A stretch of DNA of 64,000 nt from an uncultured Muribaculaceae bacterium (GTDB taxonomy: Bacteria; Bacteroidota; Bacteroidia; Bacteroidales; Muribaculaceae). The stretch spans positions 52,943-116,942 of the forward strand of contig CAJUKD010000002.1 of assembly GCA_910587235.1 (NCBI GenBank), given 5' to 3'. Of the stretch, positions 1-9,645 are shown in pieces; position 1 is the first letter of the stretch; each line of letters starts with the position of its first letter. Both the position numbers and the translations under genes were made by a program. The notes under the pieces were generated by a model. The model ran no database searches. It was not told the DNA's origin and worked only from the letters and a program-made list of their open reading frames with translations.

Positions 1-124
1 AATCGCTCAACCTTACGGGTTTAAGATCTTTATCTGTAAGAAGAAATTCAGGAGCTTCGCTTCCTACGACCGGCACTTCGCCGTATGTATGACAAGGATT
101 GCCGGAAAAATAGATTGTACGCAT
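1..124 (-). CDS. tpx: thiol peroxidase (Tpx), N-terminal part only; the gene runs off the left edge
   Basis: Not in the ORF track. Manual minus-strand translation from the ATG at 124-122 gives MRTIYFSGNPCHTYGEVPVVGSEAPEFLLTDKDLKPVRLSD. This has the typical Tpx N-terminus (GxP..v.Ge.P.vGs.AP.F.L....l..v.Lsd). Confidence 0.7.
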   Translation of the reverse strand, partial: MRTIYFSGNPCHTYGEVPVVGSEAPEFLLTDKDLKPVRLSD

Positions 125-150
125 TTCTTATGTTTTTATTAATTCATAAT

Positions 151-1371
151 TCATTTGCCGGCAGAGGCCGTAGCGCTCAGTGCCGCTTTCTCTATAACAA
201 GCGATCCGAGATTTTTGTTGAACCCTATAGCAAGATCCACAACCTTGGAATCCGGCGCACAGAACAGCAGCACCGGAGTCGTATTACCTACCCCGCAGTC
301 GCGGGCAAAACCGCCGCAACTTACAAGCGTCGTTTCACCTGACATATCTTCCCGTCCCATGATTTCAATAACATCATCGGCCCGTTTGTCGAGAAACGCC
401 CATACAATATCGACCTGCATCGGGAGCGAGGCCACGGCATCCCGCACAGAAGCTATGACCTGAGGCGTAGATCCGACACCTGATTCAAGAAAAGCCACTA
501 CCGTCGGACGGTCAAGCGGCGTATTTGCGGCATGATGGCGACGTTCGCGTCCGAGATCGTAAGCATTAAAGGCCGGCAATTTGCGTCCTGTCAGATTTTT
601 AAGAGAAAATGTACTTTCCCGGTAAAGCCCGAAAGCCTCAGGATAGCGTCCGAGCAGTTCTTTCTGGTCGATAGCACCACGCAATCCCGGCTCAACTCCG
701 TCATAACGCGCCTCAACACTCTGCTCGCTTATCTGCCCCGGATTATTCTCAAATGATATACGGCGCGGCATCTTTGTATCGTAGTCGAGAACATAGACAT
801 ATTCAAGACAGTCATAGCCGTTTAGCCTCCGTACACCCCGCACCACAGTCGAACGCCGCCCGTCAGTAAGTGTATCCGCCGACAATCTGTAAATATAACT
901 ATCGTCAGAAGCCATATTTATGAAATGTTTTCCTAAAAACTGCGGAATCAGATCAGCGAACTGGCTTTGGCTCTGGACTCCGCTATCCGCAGTTCCACGT
1001 GGGGCAAACGGAATCGGATCTTCAGAATAATGATACTCCTGAAGCCGTCCTTCACGATAGCGGTAATGCTCGCCTGAAAAATATGCCGAAAAGCCGCCAG
1101 TACGTCCTGTTGGTGTAGCAAGCGACCAGTCTATCAGATAGTCGCACGGAGCAAGACTGTCATTCCGTGCCTCCGGTGCGAAACTTTCGAAAGCCACCTC
1201 GTAGCTCACCGGCTCCGAACGCGACGGCATCAGCACCTCATAAGAGCATCGGCCCGCACAAGCTTCCATAGCGGCAAGGGTAGCCCCTATGCCTTCAAGA
1301 GTAGGTTCCGAAGCCATAGCGCCTTCGACAGCAGCTACCGTAAACGCAATTATAAAAAACTTTGATCTCAT
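151..1371 (-). CDS. secreted two-domain protein; the C-terminal part looks like a thioredoxin fold without a CxxC motif
   Basis: Start moved to the internal MRSKFFIIAFTVAAVEGAMA signal peptide (ATG at 1371). The C-terminal 130 aa (PTVVAFLESGVGSTPQV...TTPVLLFCAPDSKVV) follow a thioredoxin-like beta-alpha-beta pattern. GVGST occupies the position of WCxPC. Confidence 0.55.
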   Translation of the reverse strand: MRSKFFIIAFTVAAVEGAMASEPTLEGIGATLAAMEACAGRCSYEVLMPSRSEPVSYEVAFESFAPEARNDSLAPCDYLIDWSLATPTGRTGGFSAYFSGEHYRYREGRLQEYHYSEDPIPFAPRGTADSGVQSQSQFADLIPQFLGKHFINMASDDSYIYRLSADTLTDGRRSTVVRGVRRLNGYDCLEYVYVLDYDTKMPRRISFENNPGQISEQSVEARYDGVEPGLRGAIDQKELLGRYPEAFGLYRESTFSLKNLTGRKLPAFNAYDLGRERRHHAANTPLDRPTVVAFLESGVGSTPQVIASVRDAVASLPMQVDIVWAFLDKRADDVIEIMGREDMSGETTLVSCGGFARDCGVGNTTPVLLFCAPDSKVVDLAIGFNKNLGSLVIEKAALSATASAGK

Positions 1372-1561
1372 TTTCGATTGGCATAATGATGATGAATATA
1401 CATATTTAAGGCTCATGCCACATATTCAGGCACACCTTATATAAATAAGAAACAATGAAAGCGCACTATAGTTCACACCTGCATCCGCAAAAAGGAAAAG
1501 GCAACGGCAATAAGTGGGCTGCAGCTCCGTTATTCTTATACATAAATTAATAAATCCAATT

Positions 1562-2245
1562 ATGAAACGTTTTCTGCTCGCCATGTCCTTATTCTCAGCA
1601 GTAGCCGCCATTCCGGCTGCCGCACAGACGGAAATATTCAATAATCCCGACAACCGTCCCTTCTGGGGCATACGTGCGTCAGCCGACGTTTCATTTCCAG
1701 GCAACTACAAATCGAAGTTGCTATCACTGAAAATGTTCTCTCCCGGCACAGGATTTTCAGTCGGAGCAATATACAATCTGCCTCTGGTCGCCAATTTATA
1801 CTTCGAACCGGGTCTGAATTTCTATTTCGACACATACCGTTTCTCCGATCTCGTGGTCGGCAACAGCGACGAATCATTGACCGAATCCGACCCGCCCGTC
1901 CACAAAGCCGGATTCCGTGTGCCACTGATGTTCGGCTACCATTTCGACATATTCCCCAACAACGGAGGGATAAGCATTTTCACAGGTCCCGAGGCATCGC
2001 TCGGAGTATCGGCGAAAGTGAAATTCAAAAACGAGGAACTGCGCGACGAACCCGGCGACCTTTACGGCCGGGAAAGCGACATGCGACGATTCGACCTCGC
2101 CTGGCGCATCGGGGCCGGAATAACCGTAGGCAAAGCATGGTTCTCAGTAGCCGGATCTTTCGGCATGACAGACCTTTGCAAGCTCGAAGACATATCTTTC
2201 CGCGAGAACAGGCTCTACATCACCCTCGGCTACAATTTCAGATAG
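1562..2245 (+). CDS. small outer-membrane beta-barrel protein (OMP_b-brl/OmpW-like)
   Basis: Signal peptide MKRFLLAMSLFSAVAAIPAAAQ. Alternating hydrophobic beta-strand pattern. C-terminal ...YITLGYNF-R, typical of a barrel terminal strand. Confidence 0.65.
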   Translation: MKRFLLAMSLFSAVAAIPAAAQTEIFNNPDNRPFWGIRASADVSFPGNYKSKLLSLKMFSPGTGFSVGAIYNLPLVANLYFEPGLNFYFDTYRFSDLVVGNSDESLTESDPPVHKAGFRVPLMFGYHFDIFPNNGGISIFTGPEASLGVSAKVKFKNEELRDEPGDLYGRESDMRRFDLAWRIGAGITVGKAWFSVAGSFGMTDLCKLEDISFRENRLYITLGYNFR

Positions 2246-2270
2246 CCGGACGCAACCAAACACCTGAAAA

Positions 2271-4703
2271 TTGAAGAGAAAACTCACCGCATACATAATC
2301 TGCCTTGCCGCGGCGCTGACAGCAGCCGCGGCAGGCGGCTCTGTGAAAATAGCCGGACTCGTAACCGACGAAAACAACGAGCCGCTCGAATTCGCCACAA
2401 TCCGCATAGCCGGCAAACAACTCGGCACCACCAGCGGACTCGACGGCAAATACACCCTCAATGTCCCCGAAGCCGACACCATAAGAGTGATATTCTCGTG
2501 CATAGGCTATGAGGAATCGACACGCCGCCTTATTGGAGCAAAAAAAGAAGCCACAGTCAACGTCAAGATGACACCGGCCACCTACACCCTCGGCCCTATC
2601 GAAGTCACCGAGTACCAGAAGCAGACCAACACAGTGCAACGCATCGACGGCTCGGCCTATAAACTCGCGCCCGACGTAAGCGGAGGCAGCGTCGAGTCAT
2701 TACTGACAACAATGGCCGGCGTAAGCTCGAACAACGAGATGTCGAGCCAGTACAACGTCCGTGGCGGAACATACGACGAAAACAGTGTGTACATCAACGG
2801 CATAGAAGTCTATCGCCCTCAGCTCGTCAGCTCCGGACAACAGGAAGGTCTGAGTATCATCAACCCCGACATGGTTGGCGACATAGCCTTTTCCACCGGC
2901 GGATTCTCGGCGCAGTACGGCGACCGCATGTCCTCCGTACTCGACATAACATATCGCGAACCGGAATCTTTCGAAGGCGCTGCCGGACTGAGCCTTATGG
3001 GCGCGAATCTTGCAGTAGGTTCCAGCAGCAAGCGCTTCACACAGCTCCACGGCATCCGTTACAAAAGTAATTCATCGCTTCTCGGCTCTCTCGACGAGAA
3101 AGGCGAGTACGATCCTAAATTCTTCGACTTCCAGACAAGCATGACCTACACTTTCAGTCCCAAGCTGAAAGCATCCGTACTCGGCAACATCGCCGTCAAC
3201 AACTACCGCTTCATACCCCACAACCGCACGACCAACTTCGGCACATCGACCGACGCCAAACAGTTCACCGTCTACTTCGACGGCCAGGAAAAAGACCGTT
3301 TCGAAACCTATTTCGGCGCCCTGACACTGAACTACCGCCTCAACAAAGGAAACGAATTCGCACTACTTGCTTCAGGCTACCTGACCAACGAACTCGTCGC
3401 CTACGATATATCCGGCGAATATTGGCTCGACCAGGCAGGAACATCAGGCGACGGCAACAACGGCAACGAGGGTGGTGTCGGCGGCGAACTCGGCGTAGGA
3501 CGCTACCACGAACACGCCCGCAACCGCATGCGCGCATCCGTATTCTCTCTCGGACTTCGCGGCGCAAGCTCCATCAGCCGCCACAACCTGAGCTACGGAC
3601 TGACCTACAACCACGAATCGATCTACGACCGCTCGCGCGAATGGGAACTGCGCGACTCGGCAGGATTTTCACTGCCCGCCGATCCCGACGCCGTAAAAGT
3701 GATCTACAACCTCTCGTCGAACAACGACATAACCTCTAACCGACTCTCATTCTACGTCCAGGACACATACCGCCTGAGCAGCCGCATAGGATATTTCAAC
3801 TTCAACGGCGGCCTTCGCTTCTCCTACTGGGATTTCAACCGCGAGTTCCTCGTAAGTCCGCGCGTCAGCGTGGGATTCGTCCCCGATGCCGCACCAAGGC
3901 TGACCATGCGCTTCGCCACCGGACTCTACTACCAGTCGCCATTCTTCAAGGAATACAGGCAGCCGGTCGAGGACGCCAACGGCAATATATCGATAATGCT
4001 GAACCGCGACATAAAATCCCAGCGCTCATATCAGATAATACTCGGTGCCGACTATACATTCCGTGCATTCAACCGCCCGTTCAAAATATCAGGCGAAGCA
4101 TACTATAAACTCCTCGGCAACCTGATCCCATACGAGGTCGACAACCTCAAGATCGTATATTCGGGCATAAACCAGACCCACGGCTTCACCACCGGCGTCG
4201 ATTTCAAACTCTTCGGACAATTCGTTCCGGGTTCCGACTCATGGCTCAGTTTCTCGCTGATGAAGACCCAGGAAGAGCTGAACGGCGTCAAAGTCCCGCG
4301 ACCGACCGACCAGCGCTACAGCGTGGCCCTGTATTTCACCGACTATTTCCCCAAATTCCCGAAACTCAAATTCAATCTACGAGGCATATTCTCCGACGGC
4401 ATGCCCGCCACAGCCCCACGCGGCAGCCGCGACAAAGGCTACTTCCGTGCACCCGCCTACAAACGCCTCGACATAGGACTCGCCTACGCCCTTCTGTCAG
4501 AGCGCAAAGAAGGCGAGCCGCAGCGAAACGGATTTTTCCGTCACTTCAAAAGTATATGGCTCGGACTCGACGTATTCAACCTCCTCGACATCAGTAACGT
4601 CAACAGCTATTACTGGATAACCGACGTCAACGACATACAGTACGCCGTGCCGAATTATCTGACACGTCGCCAGTTCAACGTCCGTCTATCGGTTGATTTC
4701 TAA
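2271..4703 (+). CDS. TonB-dependent receptor with N-terminal carboxypeptidase-regulatory-like domain
   Basis: 810 aa with a TTG start. Signal peptide, then GLVTDENNEPLEFATIRIAG (CarbopepD_reg-like). Plug-domain motifs follow (SVESLLTTMAGV, NVRGG, VYINGIEV). Long barrel ending in F. Confidence 0.85.
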   Translation: MKRKLTAYIICLAAALTAAAAGGSVKIAGLVTDENNEPLEFATIRIAGKQLGTTSGLDGKYTLNVPEADTIRVIFSCIGYEESTRRLIGAKKEATVNVKMTPATYTLGPIEVTEYQKQTNTVQRIDGSAYKLAPDVSGGSVESLLTTMAGVSSNNEMSSQYNVRGGTYDENSVYINGIEVYRPQLVSSGQQEGLSIINPDMVGDIAFSTGGFSAQYGDRMSSVLDITYREPESFEGAAGLSLMGANLAVGSSSKRFTQLHGIRYKSNSSLLGSLDEKGEYDPKFFDFQTSMTYTFSPKLKASVLGNIAVNNYRFIPHNRTTNFGTSTDAKQFTVYFDGQEKDRFETYFGALTLNYRLNKGNEFALLASGYLTNELVAYDISGEYWLDQAGTSGDGNNGNEGGVGGELGVGRYHEHARNRMRASVFSLGLRGASSISRHNLSYGLTYNHESIYDRSREWELRDSAGFSLPADPDAVKVIYNLSSNNDITSNRLSFYVQDTYRLSSRIGYFNFNGGLRFSYWDFNREFLVSPRVSVGFVPDAAPRLTMRFATGLYYQSPFFKEYRQPVEDANGNISIMLNRDIKSQRSYQIILGADYTFRAFNRPFKISGEAYYKLLGNLIPYEVDNLKIVYSGINQTHGFTTGVDFKLFGQFVPGSDSWLSFSLMKTQEELNGVKVPRPTDQRYSVALYFTDYFPKFPKLKFNLRGIFSDGMPATAPRGSRDKGYFRAPAYKRLDIGLAYALLSERKEGEPQRNGFFRHFKSIWLGLDVFNLLDISNVNSYYWITDVNDIQYAVPNYLTRRQFNVRLSVDF

Positions 4704-5152
4704 GACGTATAGCTCAGCCGTTCGATAAGCGCGGCCATATTTATGATAGGCATCGGATGCTTCGACAGAGGCGTTCCGGCAAGTCTTACGGCCATCATTC
4801 CGCGCAAAGCACCGACAGCGATACCGAGCATCATCGACATTAGCGGAGTAGCTATCCTCATTTCACCGCCTTCGGGATATTCGATATACGATTCAAGATC
4901 TTCGACATCGAATGTCGCCACTACAGAACATACGGCCAGATGTGTGCGTATCAGATACACCTCAGCCGTGTAGGAGCATGTCACAACAATGCTTATACGC
5001 CCCGATGCAAGATCGGGCAGAACTTTCACCTTCATGTCCACATTCACCTGCGACATCGGATTGAGCCGGCGCAACGCGCGGCGGTTGACAGCCGTGGCGT
5101 CGGAAAGCTCGCTGAGCGCATGCAACTGAACATTCATTTCGTTACTTTTCAT
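4700..5152 (-). CDS. hypothetical protein (150 aa), no signal peptide
   Basis: ORF only. Its 3' end overlaps the convergent TonB-receptor stop by 4 nt. A weak resemblance to SecB-like beta-sheet-plus-helix proteins is speculation. Confidence 0.4.
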   Translation of the reverse strand: MKSNEMNVQLHALSELSDATAVNRRALRRLNPMSQVNVDMKVKVLPDLASGRISIVVTCSYTAEVYLIRTHLAVCSVVATFDVEDLESYIEYPEGGEMRIATPLMSMMLGIAVGALRGMMAVRLAGTPLSKHPMPIINMAALIERLSYTS

Positions 5153-5276
5153 TATACTTCTCGAGGCTTTTAAGCCCTTTTATATGTTAATTTTATCCAA
5201 ATTACACAGCACATTAAATCTTAATGCTATCTTTATGCACCTTAAATATTCTACGCCATAAAACTACAAAATTATC

Positions 5277-6797
5277 ATGGATAAACAATCAACTTTATGT
5301 AAAAATCGCGTACAGGCATGGCTCGGAAAATCGCCCTCCGAGTTCACACGCGACGACATTGTCCGCTTCGTCACCGCCAACGACATCAGGATGATAAACT
5401 TCATGTACCCTGCTGCCGACGGACGTCTGAAGACCCTTAACTTTGTTGTCAACAACCTCGCATATCTCGAAAACATTCTTACATTGGGCGAACGCGTCGA
5501 CGGCTCGTCGCTCTTTCCTTTCATCGAGGCCGGAAGTTCCGATCTCTACGTCGTGCCACGCTACCGCACCGCATTCGTCGACCCCTTCGCCACCGACATT
5601 CCCACCCTTACCATGCTCTGCTCATTCTTCGACAAGGACGGGCACCATCTTGAAAGCGCGCCGGAATATACCCTCGACAAGGCATGCACCGAATTCACAC
5701 GCGCCACAGGCCTGACATTCGAGGCAATGGGCGAACTCGAATACTACGTCATAGCTCCCGACCCGGCCGTATTTCCCGCCACCGACCAGCGCGGCTACCA
5801 TGAATCGGCTCCTTTCGCCAAATTCAACGACTTCCGCGCCCTGTGCATGACCTACATAGCAGAAACGGGAGGACAGATAAAGTACGGCCACTCCGAAGTA
5901 GGAAACTTCACGCTCGACGGCATGATATACGAACAGAACGAAATCGAATTCCTGCCCGTCGACGCACGCGATGCCGCCGACCAGCTTGTTCTGGCAAAAT
6001 GGGTGATACGTAATCTGGCCTGGCGCCATGGACTCGACGCGACATTCGCCCCTAAAATCACAGCAGGAAAAGCCGGATCAGGCCTGCACGTCCACATGCG
6101 GCTGATGAATCCCGACGGCACAAGCGCCATGACCGCACGCCCCGGAAGCGTAAGCGGAGCACGCCTGCGCGGCATTGCCGGACTGATGGATCTCGCGCCT
6201 GCACTGACAGCCTTCGGCAACACCAACCCCACTTCCTACTTCCGCCTCGTGCCGCATCAGGAAGCACCCACAAGCGTATGCTGGGGCGACCGCAACCGAT
6301 CCGTACTCGTCCGCGTGCCTCTGGGCTGGACCGGTGACGCCAACACCATGTGCAGCCTCGCAAACCCCACCGACGACAGCACTCCGCTCGACCCGGCCGA
6401 AGCCGCACGCAAACAGACGTTTGAAATACGCTCGGCCGACGGTTCAGCCGACGTTTACATGTATATTGCCGCCCTTGCCGTAGCTCTGCGCCACGGGTTC
6501 GAGATGCCCGACGCCCTTGAGGTCGCAGAACAGACATACGTCGACGTCGACATACACCGCAGCGAAAGCGGCGACATCGCACGCCGCCTCGCATCTCTGC
6601 CCGTCGACTGCAACGCTTCCGCCGACTGCCTCGAGGCTCGTGCCGACATCTTCACCGCCGCAGGAGTTTTCAGCGAAAAAGCCATCGCCGGCACCTGCGC
6701 GCGCCTGCGTGCCTACGACAGCGACGAAGCCCGACGCGCAATGTCCGATCCCGGACTGATGCTCGAACTTGTGCGCCGCCACTTCCACTGCGGCTGA
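5277..6797 (+). CDS. glutamine synthetase family protein (about 500-aa form)
   Basis: N-terminal beta-grasp region (INFMYPAADGRLKTLNF, DGSSLFPFIEAGSSDLYVVP) and catalytic-domain motifs (KYGHSEVG, GSGLHVHMRL, NPTSYFRLVP). Confidence 0.85.
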   Translation: MDKQSTLCKNRVQAWLGKSPSEFTRDDIVRFVTANDIRMINFMYPAADGRLKTLNFVVNNLAYLENILTLGERVDGSSLFPFIEAGSSDLYVVPRYRTAFVDPFATDIPTLTMLCSFFDKDGHHLESAPEYTLDKACTEFTRATGLTFEAMGELEYYVIAPDPAVFPATDQRGYHESAPFAKFNDFRALCMTYIAETGGQIKYGHSEVGNFTLDGMIYEQNEIEFLPVDARDAADQLVLAKWVIRNLAWRHGLDATFAPKITAGKAGSGLHVHMRLMNPDGTSAMTARPGSVSGARLRGIAGLMDLAPALTAFGNTNPTSYFRLVPHQEAPTSVCWGDRNRSVLVRVPLGWTGDANTMCSLANPTDDSTPLDPAEAARKQTFEIRSADGSADVYMYIAALAVALRHGFEMPDALEVAEQTYVDVDIHRSESGDIARRLASLPVDCNASADCLEARADIFTAAGVFSEKAIAGTCARLRAYDSDEARRAMSDPGLMLELVRRHFHCG

Positions 6798-6882
6798 TTC
6801 GCGGATCCCGCGTAAACATAGAGGGGCGGATCGGTGTTTGAATCATATATTCATCATGTTTCATCACAGATCCGCCCCTCCT

Positions 6883-8202
6883 ATGTCAAGACTGATTCTG
6901 TTATCCGTTGCCGTTGCGCTTTCAGCATGCGCCACCGCACATGCCGCACGACCACTTATCGATTGCCAGAACGATTCTTTGGCCGCAAACACCAAAATAA
7001 TACACATCGACGGCCGACCGGCTCCCGAACAGGCGAAAACCTATGTCGACTCAATCCGAAAACGCATAGCCACATTCTACTACGACCAGTTCAGGCACTT
7101 TTCCGATCCCGCCGCACCCTATTTCCTCTTTATGAGCAAAGACGCACAACTCGCCATGGGCATAGGCGGATGTGTGCGTATGCGCGCGTTCTACGACTGG
7201 GGCGGAGCCATCCCGGCCTCAGGCTTCGCTCCGAAACTGATACCCATGACACCATCGCCTACCAACATGCGACACTTCGGCACAACACCTGCCGGCACTG
7301 CATTATTCTTCCGCGTACTCGGTCGCAACAAGACCCTCGGCGACTACCAGCTATACATCCAGTGCAACTTCAACGGCTATCAGTCACGCGATTTTCATCT
7401 TGAAAAAGCATACGCGACGATCAACAACTTCACCATAGGCTATGCGTCATCCACATTCAGCGATCCCGCGGCACTCCCGCCGACCGTCGATGCTCAAGGT
7501 CCAAACAACAAAATATCACCGACATCAGTACTCGTACGCTACATGCCGACATTCAAACAACGGTGGTCTGTAGGCATATCGGCCGAAACGCCCGCCACGG
7601 CAATAGCCGACGACGGCGTAAACACAAAGCGCGTCAGCGACTGGATGCCTGACTTCGCAGCCCTGGCCCAATACCAATGGGCACCGGGACAACACGTGCG
7701 TCTTTCCGGAATAATCCGCACCCTATCCTATCGCGACCTCATCGCACAGAAAAACCACAACAAAATCGGATGGGGAGTGCAGCTCAGTTCCGTAGCCCAT
7801 ATCACCGACCGGCTGACAAGCTATGTCACCGGCTCCTACGGCCACGGCTATGCCGGACTCGGAGGCGACCTGCTTATAGGTAGTTACGACCTCGTCGGAA
7901 TACCCGGCCGGACGGGCGAACTGTACGCTCCCGCATCTTTCGGATGGTGCCTCGGTCTGCAGTACAACTTCATGCCAAACCTTTTCATATCGGCATCGGC
8001 AAGCCAGAACCGTTATCTGCCCGCACATGCAATCGACGGCAACGAATACAAATGGGGGATGTTCAGCGCTGTCAATATCTTCTGGAACATGACACCGCGT
8101 ATGCAGATAGGCGCCGAACTCGACCTCGGATGGCGCCACAACTTCAACGGCGCGCAACGCATGGCACGCCGCATCGGCGCCATGTGCCAGTTCTCATTCT
8201 GA
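6883..8202 (+). CDS. putative outer-membrane porin-like beta-barrel
   Basis: Start moved to MSRLILLSVAVALSACATAHA (ATG 6883). Alternating-strand pattern and terminal MCQFSF. The family is not recognised with certainty. Confidence 0.5.
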   Translation: MSRLILLSVAVALSACATAHAARPLIDCQNDSLAANTKIIHIDGRPAPEQAKTYVDSIRKRIATFYYDQFRHFSDPAAPYFLFMSKDAQLAMGIGGCVRMRAFYDWGGAIPASGFAPKLIPMTPSPTNMRHFGTTPAGTALFFRVLGRNKTLGDYQLYIQCNFNGYQSRDFHLEKAYATINNFTIGYASSTFSDPAALPPTVDAQGPNNKISPTSVLVRYMPTFKQRWSVGISAETPATAIADDGVNTKRVSDWMPDFAALAQYQWAPGQHVRLSGIIRTLSYRDLIAQKNHNKIGWGVQLSSVAHITDRLTSYVTGSYGHGYAGLGGDLLIGSYDLVGIPGRTGELYAPASFGWCLGLQYNFMPNLFISASASQNRYLPAHAIDGNEYKWGMFSAVNIFWNMTPRMQIGAELDLGWRHNFNGAQRMARRIGAMCQFSF

Positions 8203-8267
8203 ACCGCCTAAGCATCGGACACCATCAGTCCGCCCGCTATGTAATGCAGGGACATTCCGCGCTCTTA

Positions 8268-8864
8268 TCAATCGTCCGTACACACGCCGTCGATGTCCGT
8301 CAGGCGTTCGCGTAGTCCGGATGCATGGTCGGCACGGATACGCAAAGTCATTGAGCATGAGTTGTCGAACTGCTGGCTGACAATCTCGGCCTCGCTGTTC
8401 TTGACAAGGCGCATGACGTCGTTCATCGCCAGATAAGGAAACGTGAAAGCGACGTCGGCCATATCATGCCGCTCGACGATCTCGCAAGCCGACAAAGCCT
8501 CGCGGGCAGCCTCGCGGTAAGCAGTGATAAGCCCCGACGTGCCGAGCTTTATGCCGCCGAAATAGCGAACCACGGCAATAGCCACATTAGTCAGCCCGAA
8601 AGAATTTATCTGCCCGAGTATGGGCTTGCCGGCAGTACCCGACGGCTCGCCGTTGTCGTTGCTCATAAATTCCGTACGCGCCGAACCTATCATGTAGGCC
8701 CAGCAGACATGCCGCGCGTCGAAGTATTTCTTCTGCACTTCCGCAATACGGGCCTTCGCCTCCGCCGCCGTAGCTACAGGAAAAGCGAAAGCAAGGAACT
8801 TGCTCATCTTTTCCTTATAGATACCCTCGCCGGGTGCGGTTATGGTACTGTAGGTATCGGCCAC
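8268..8864 (-). CDS. YigZ/IMPACT family protein (UPF0029)
   Basis: KMSKFLAFAFPV...AKARIAEVQKKYFDARHVCWAYMIG...DNGEPSGTAGKPIL is the characteristic YigZ N-domain signature. Confidence 0.8.
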   Translation of the reverse strand: MADTYSTITAPGEGIYKEKMSKFLAFAFPVATAAEAKARIAEVQKKYFDARHVCWAYMIGSARTEFMSNDNGEPSGTAGKPILGQINSFGLTNVAIAVVRYFGGIKLGTSGLITAYREAAREALSACEIVERHDMADVAFTFPYLAMNDVMRLVKNSEAEIVSQQFDNSCSMTLRIRADHASGLRERLTDIDGVCTDD

Positions 8865-8871
8865 GACACGC

Positions 8872-9627
8872 TCAGATTATTTCTACATCGGCTTCGAGGC
8901 GCTGGCGCACGACCTCGTACATCATCACGCCCGCAGCCACTCCGACATTGAGCGAGCCTATATGGCCGAACATCGGAATTGACACAGGTGTGTCGCACAA
9001 AGCAAGCACCTCGGGCGATATGCCGACGTCCTCGGCACCCATCACCAGAGCTACCGGTCCGGTATAGTCGCCGCGTGTATAGTTGACATCGGCTTTCTCC
9101 GTGGCAGCGACAATCTGGTAGCCGCTGTCCTTGAGATAAGCCACGGCATCGCGCAGCGAAGCTTCGCGGCACACGGGAACATGCAACAACGCTCCCGCAG
9201 ATGTCTTGACAGCATCAGCACCCACGCTCACACTGCCACGTTGAGGAATCACGATCGCATTCACGCCGCAGCATTCCGCCGTGCGGGCCATAGCTCCGAA
9301 ATTGCGCACATCGGTGATTCCGTCGAGAACAAGTATAAAAGGCAGAACACCGTCTTCATATAGCGTAGGCACTACAGTGCCGAGTCTGCAGTAGGCTACA
9401 GCCGAAAGGACGGCGATAACACCCTGATGATTTTTGCGCGTGATCTTGTTGAGTTTTTCCAAAGGCACACGCTGCACGGGAATGTGGCGCTCGCGGGCAA
9501 GGCTGAGCAATCCTGCCGACGCGTCGCCGCGAAGATCTTTCTTTACGTAGAGTTTGTCAATTGTCTTGCCGGCCTCGATGGCTTCGAGCACGGAATGTAT
9601 GCCAAAAATGTATTCGGAGCTGTCCAT
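8872..9627 (-). CDS. rlmB: 23S rRNA (guanosine-2'-O)-methyltransferase RlmB (SpoU/TrmH family)
   Basis: IFGIHSVLEAIEAG substrate-binding N-domain. SPOUT motifs NHQGVIA, LDGITDVRNFGAMARTA, LVMGAEDVGIS, IPMFGHIGSLNVGVAAGV. Confidence 0.85.
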   Translation of the reverse strand: MDSSEYIFGIHSVLEAIEAGKTIDKLYVKKDLRGDASAGLLSLARERHIPVQRVPLEKLNKITRKNHQGVIAVLSAVAYCRLGTVVPTLYEDGVLPFILVLDGITDVRNFGAMARTAECCGVNAIVIPQRGSVSVGADAVKTSAGALLHVPVCREASLRDAVAYLKDSGYQIVAATEKADVNYTRGDYTGPVALVMGAEDVGISPEVLALCDTPVSIPMFGHIGSLNVGVAAGVMMYEVVRQRLEADVEII

Positions 9628-9645
9628 GATTCTTTTTGTATTATA

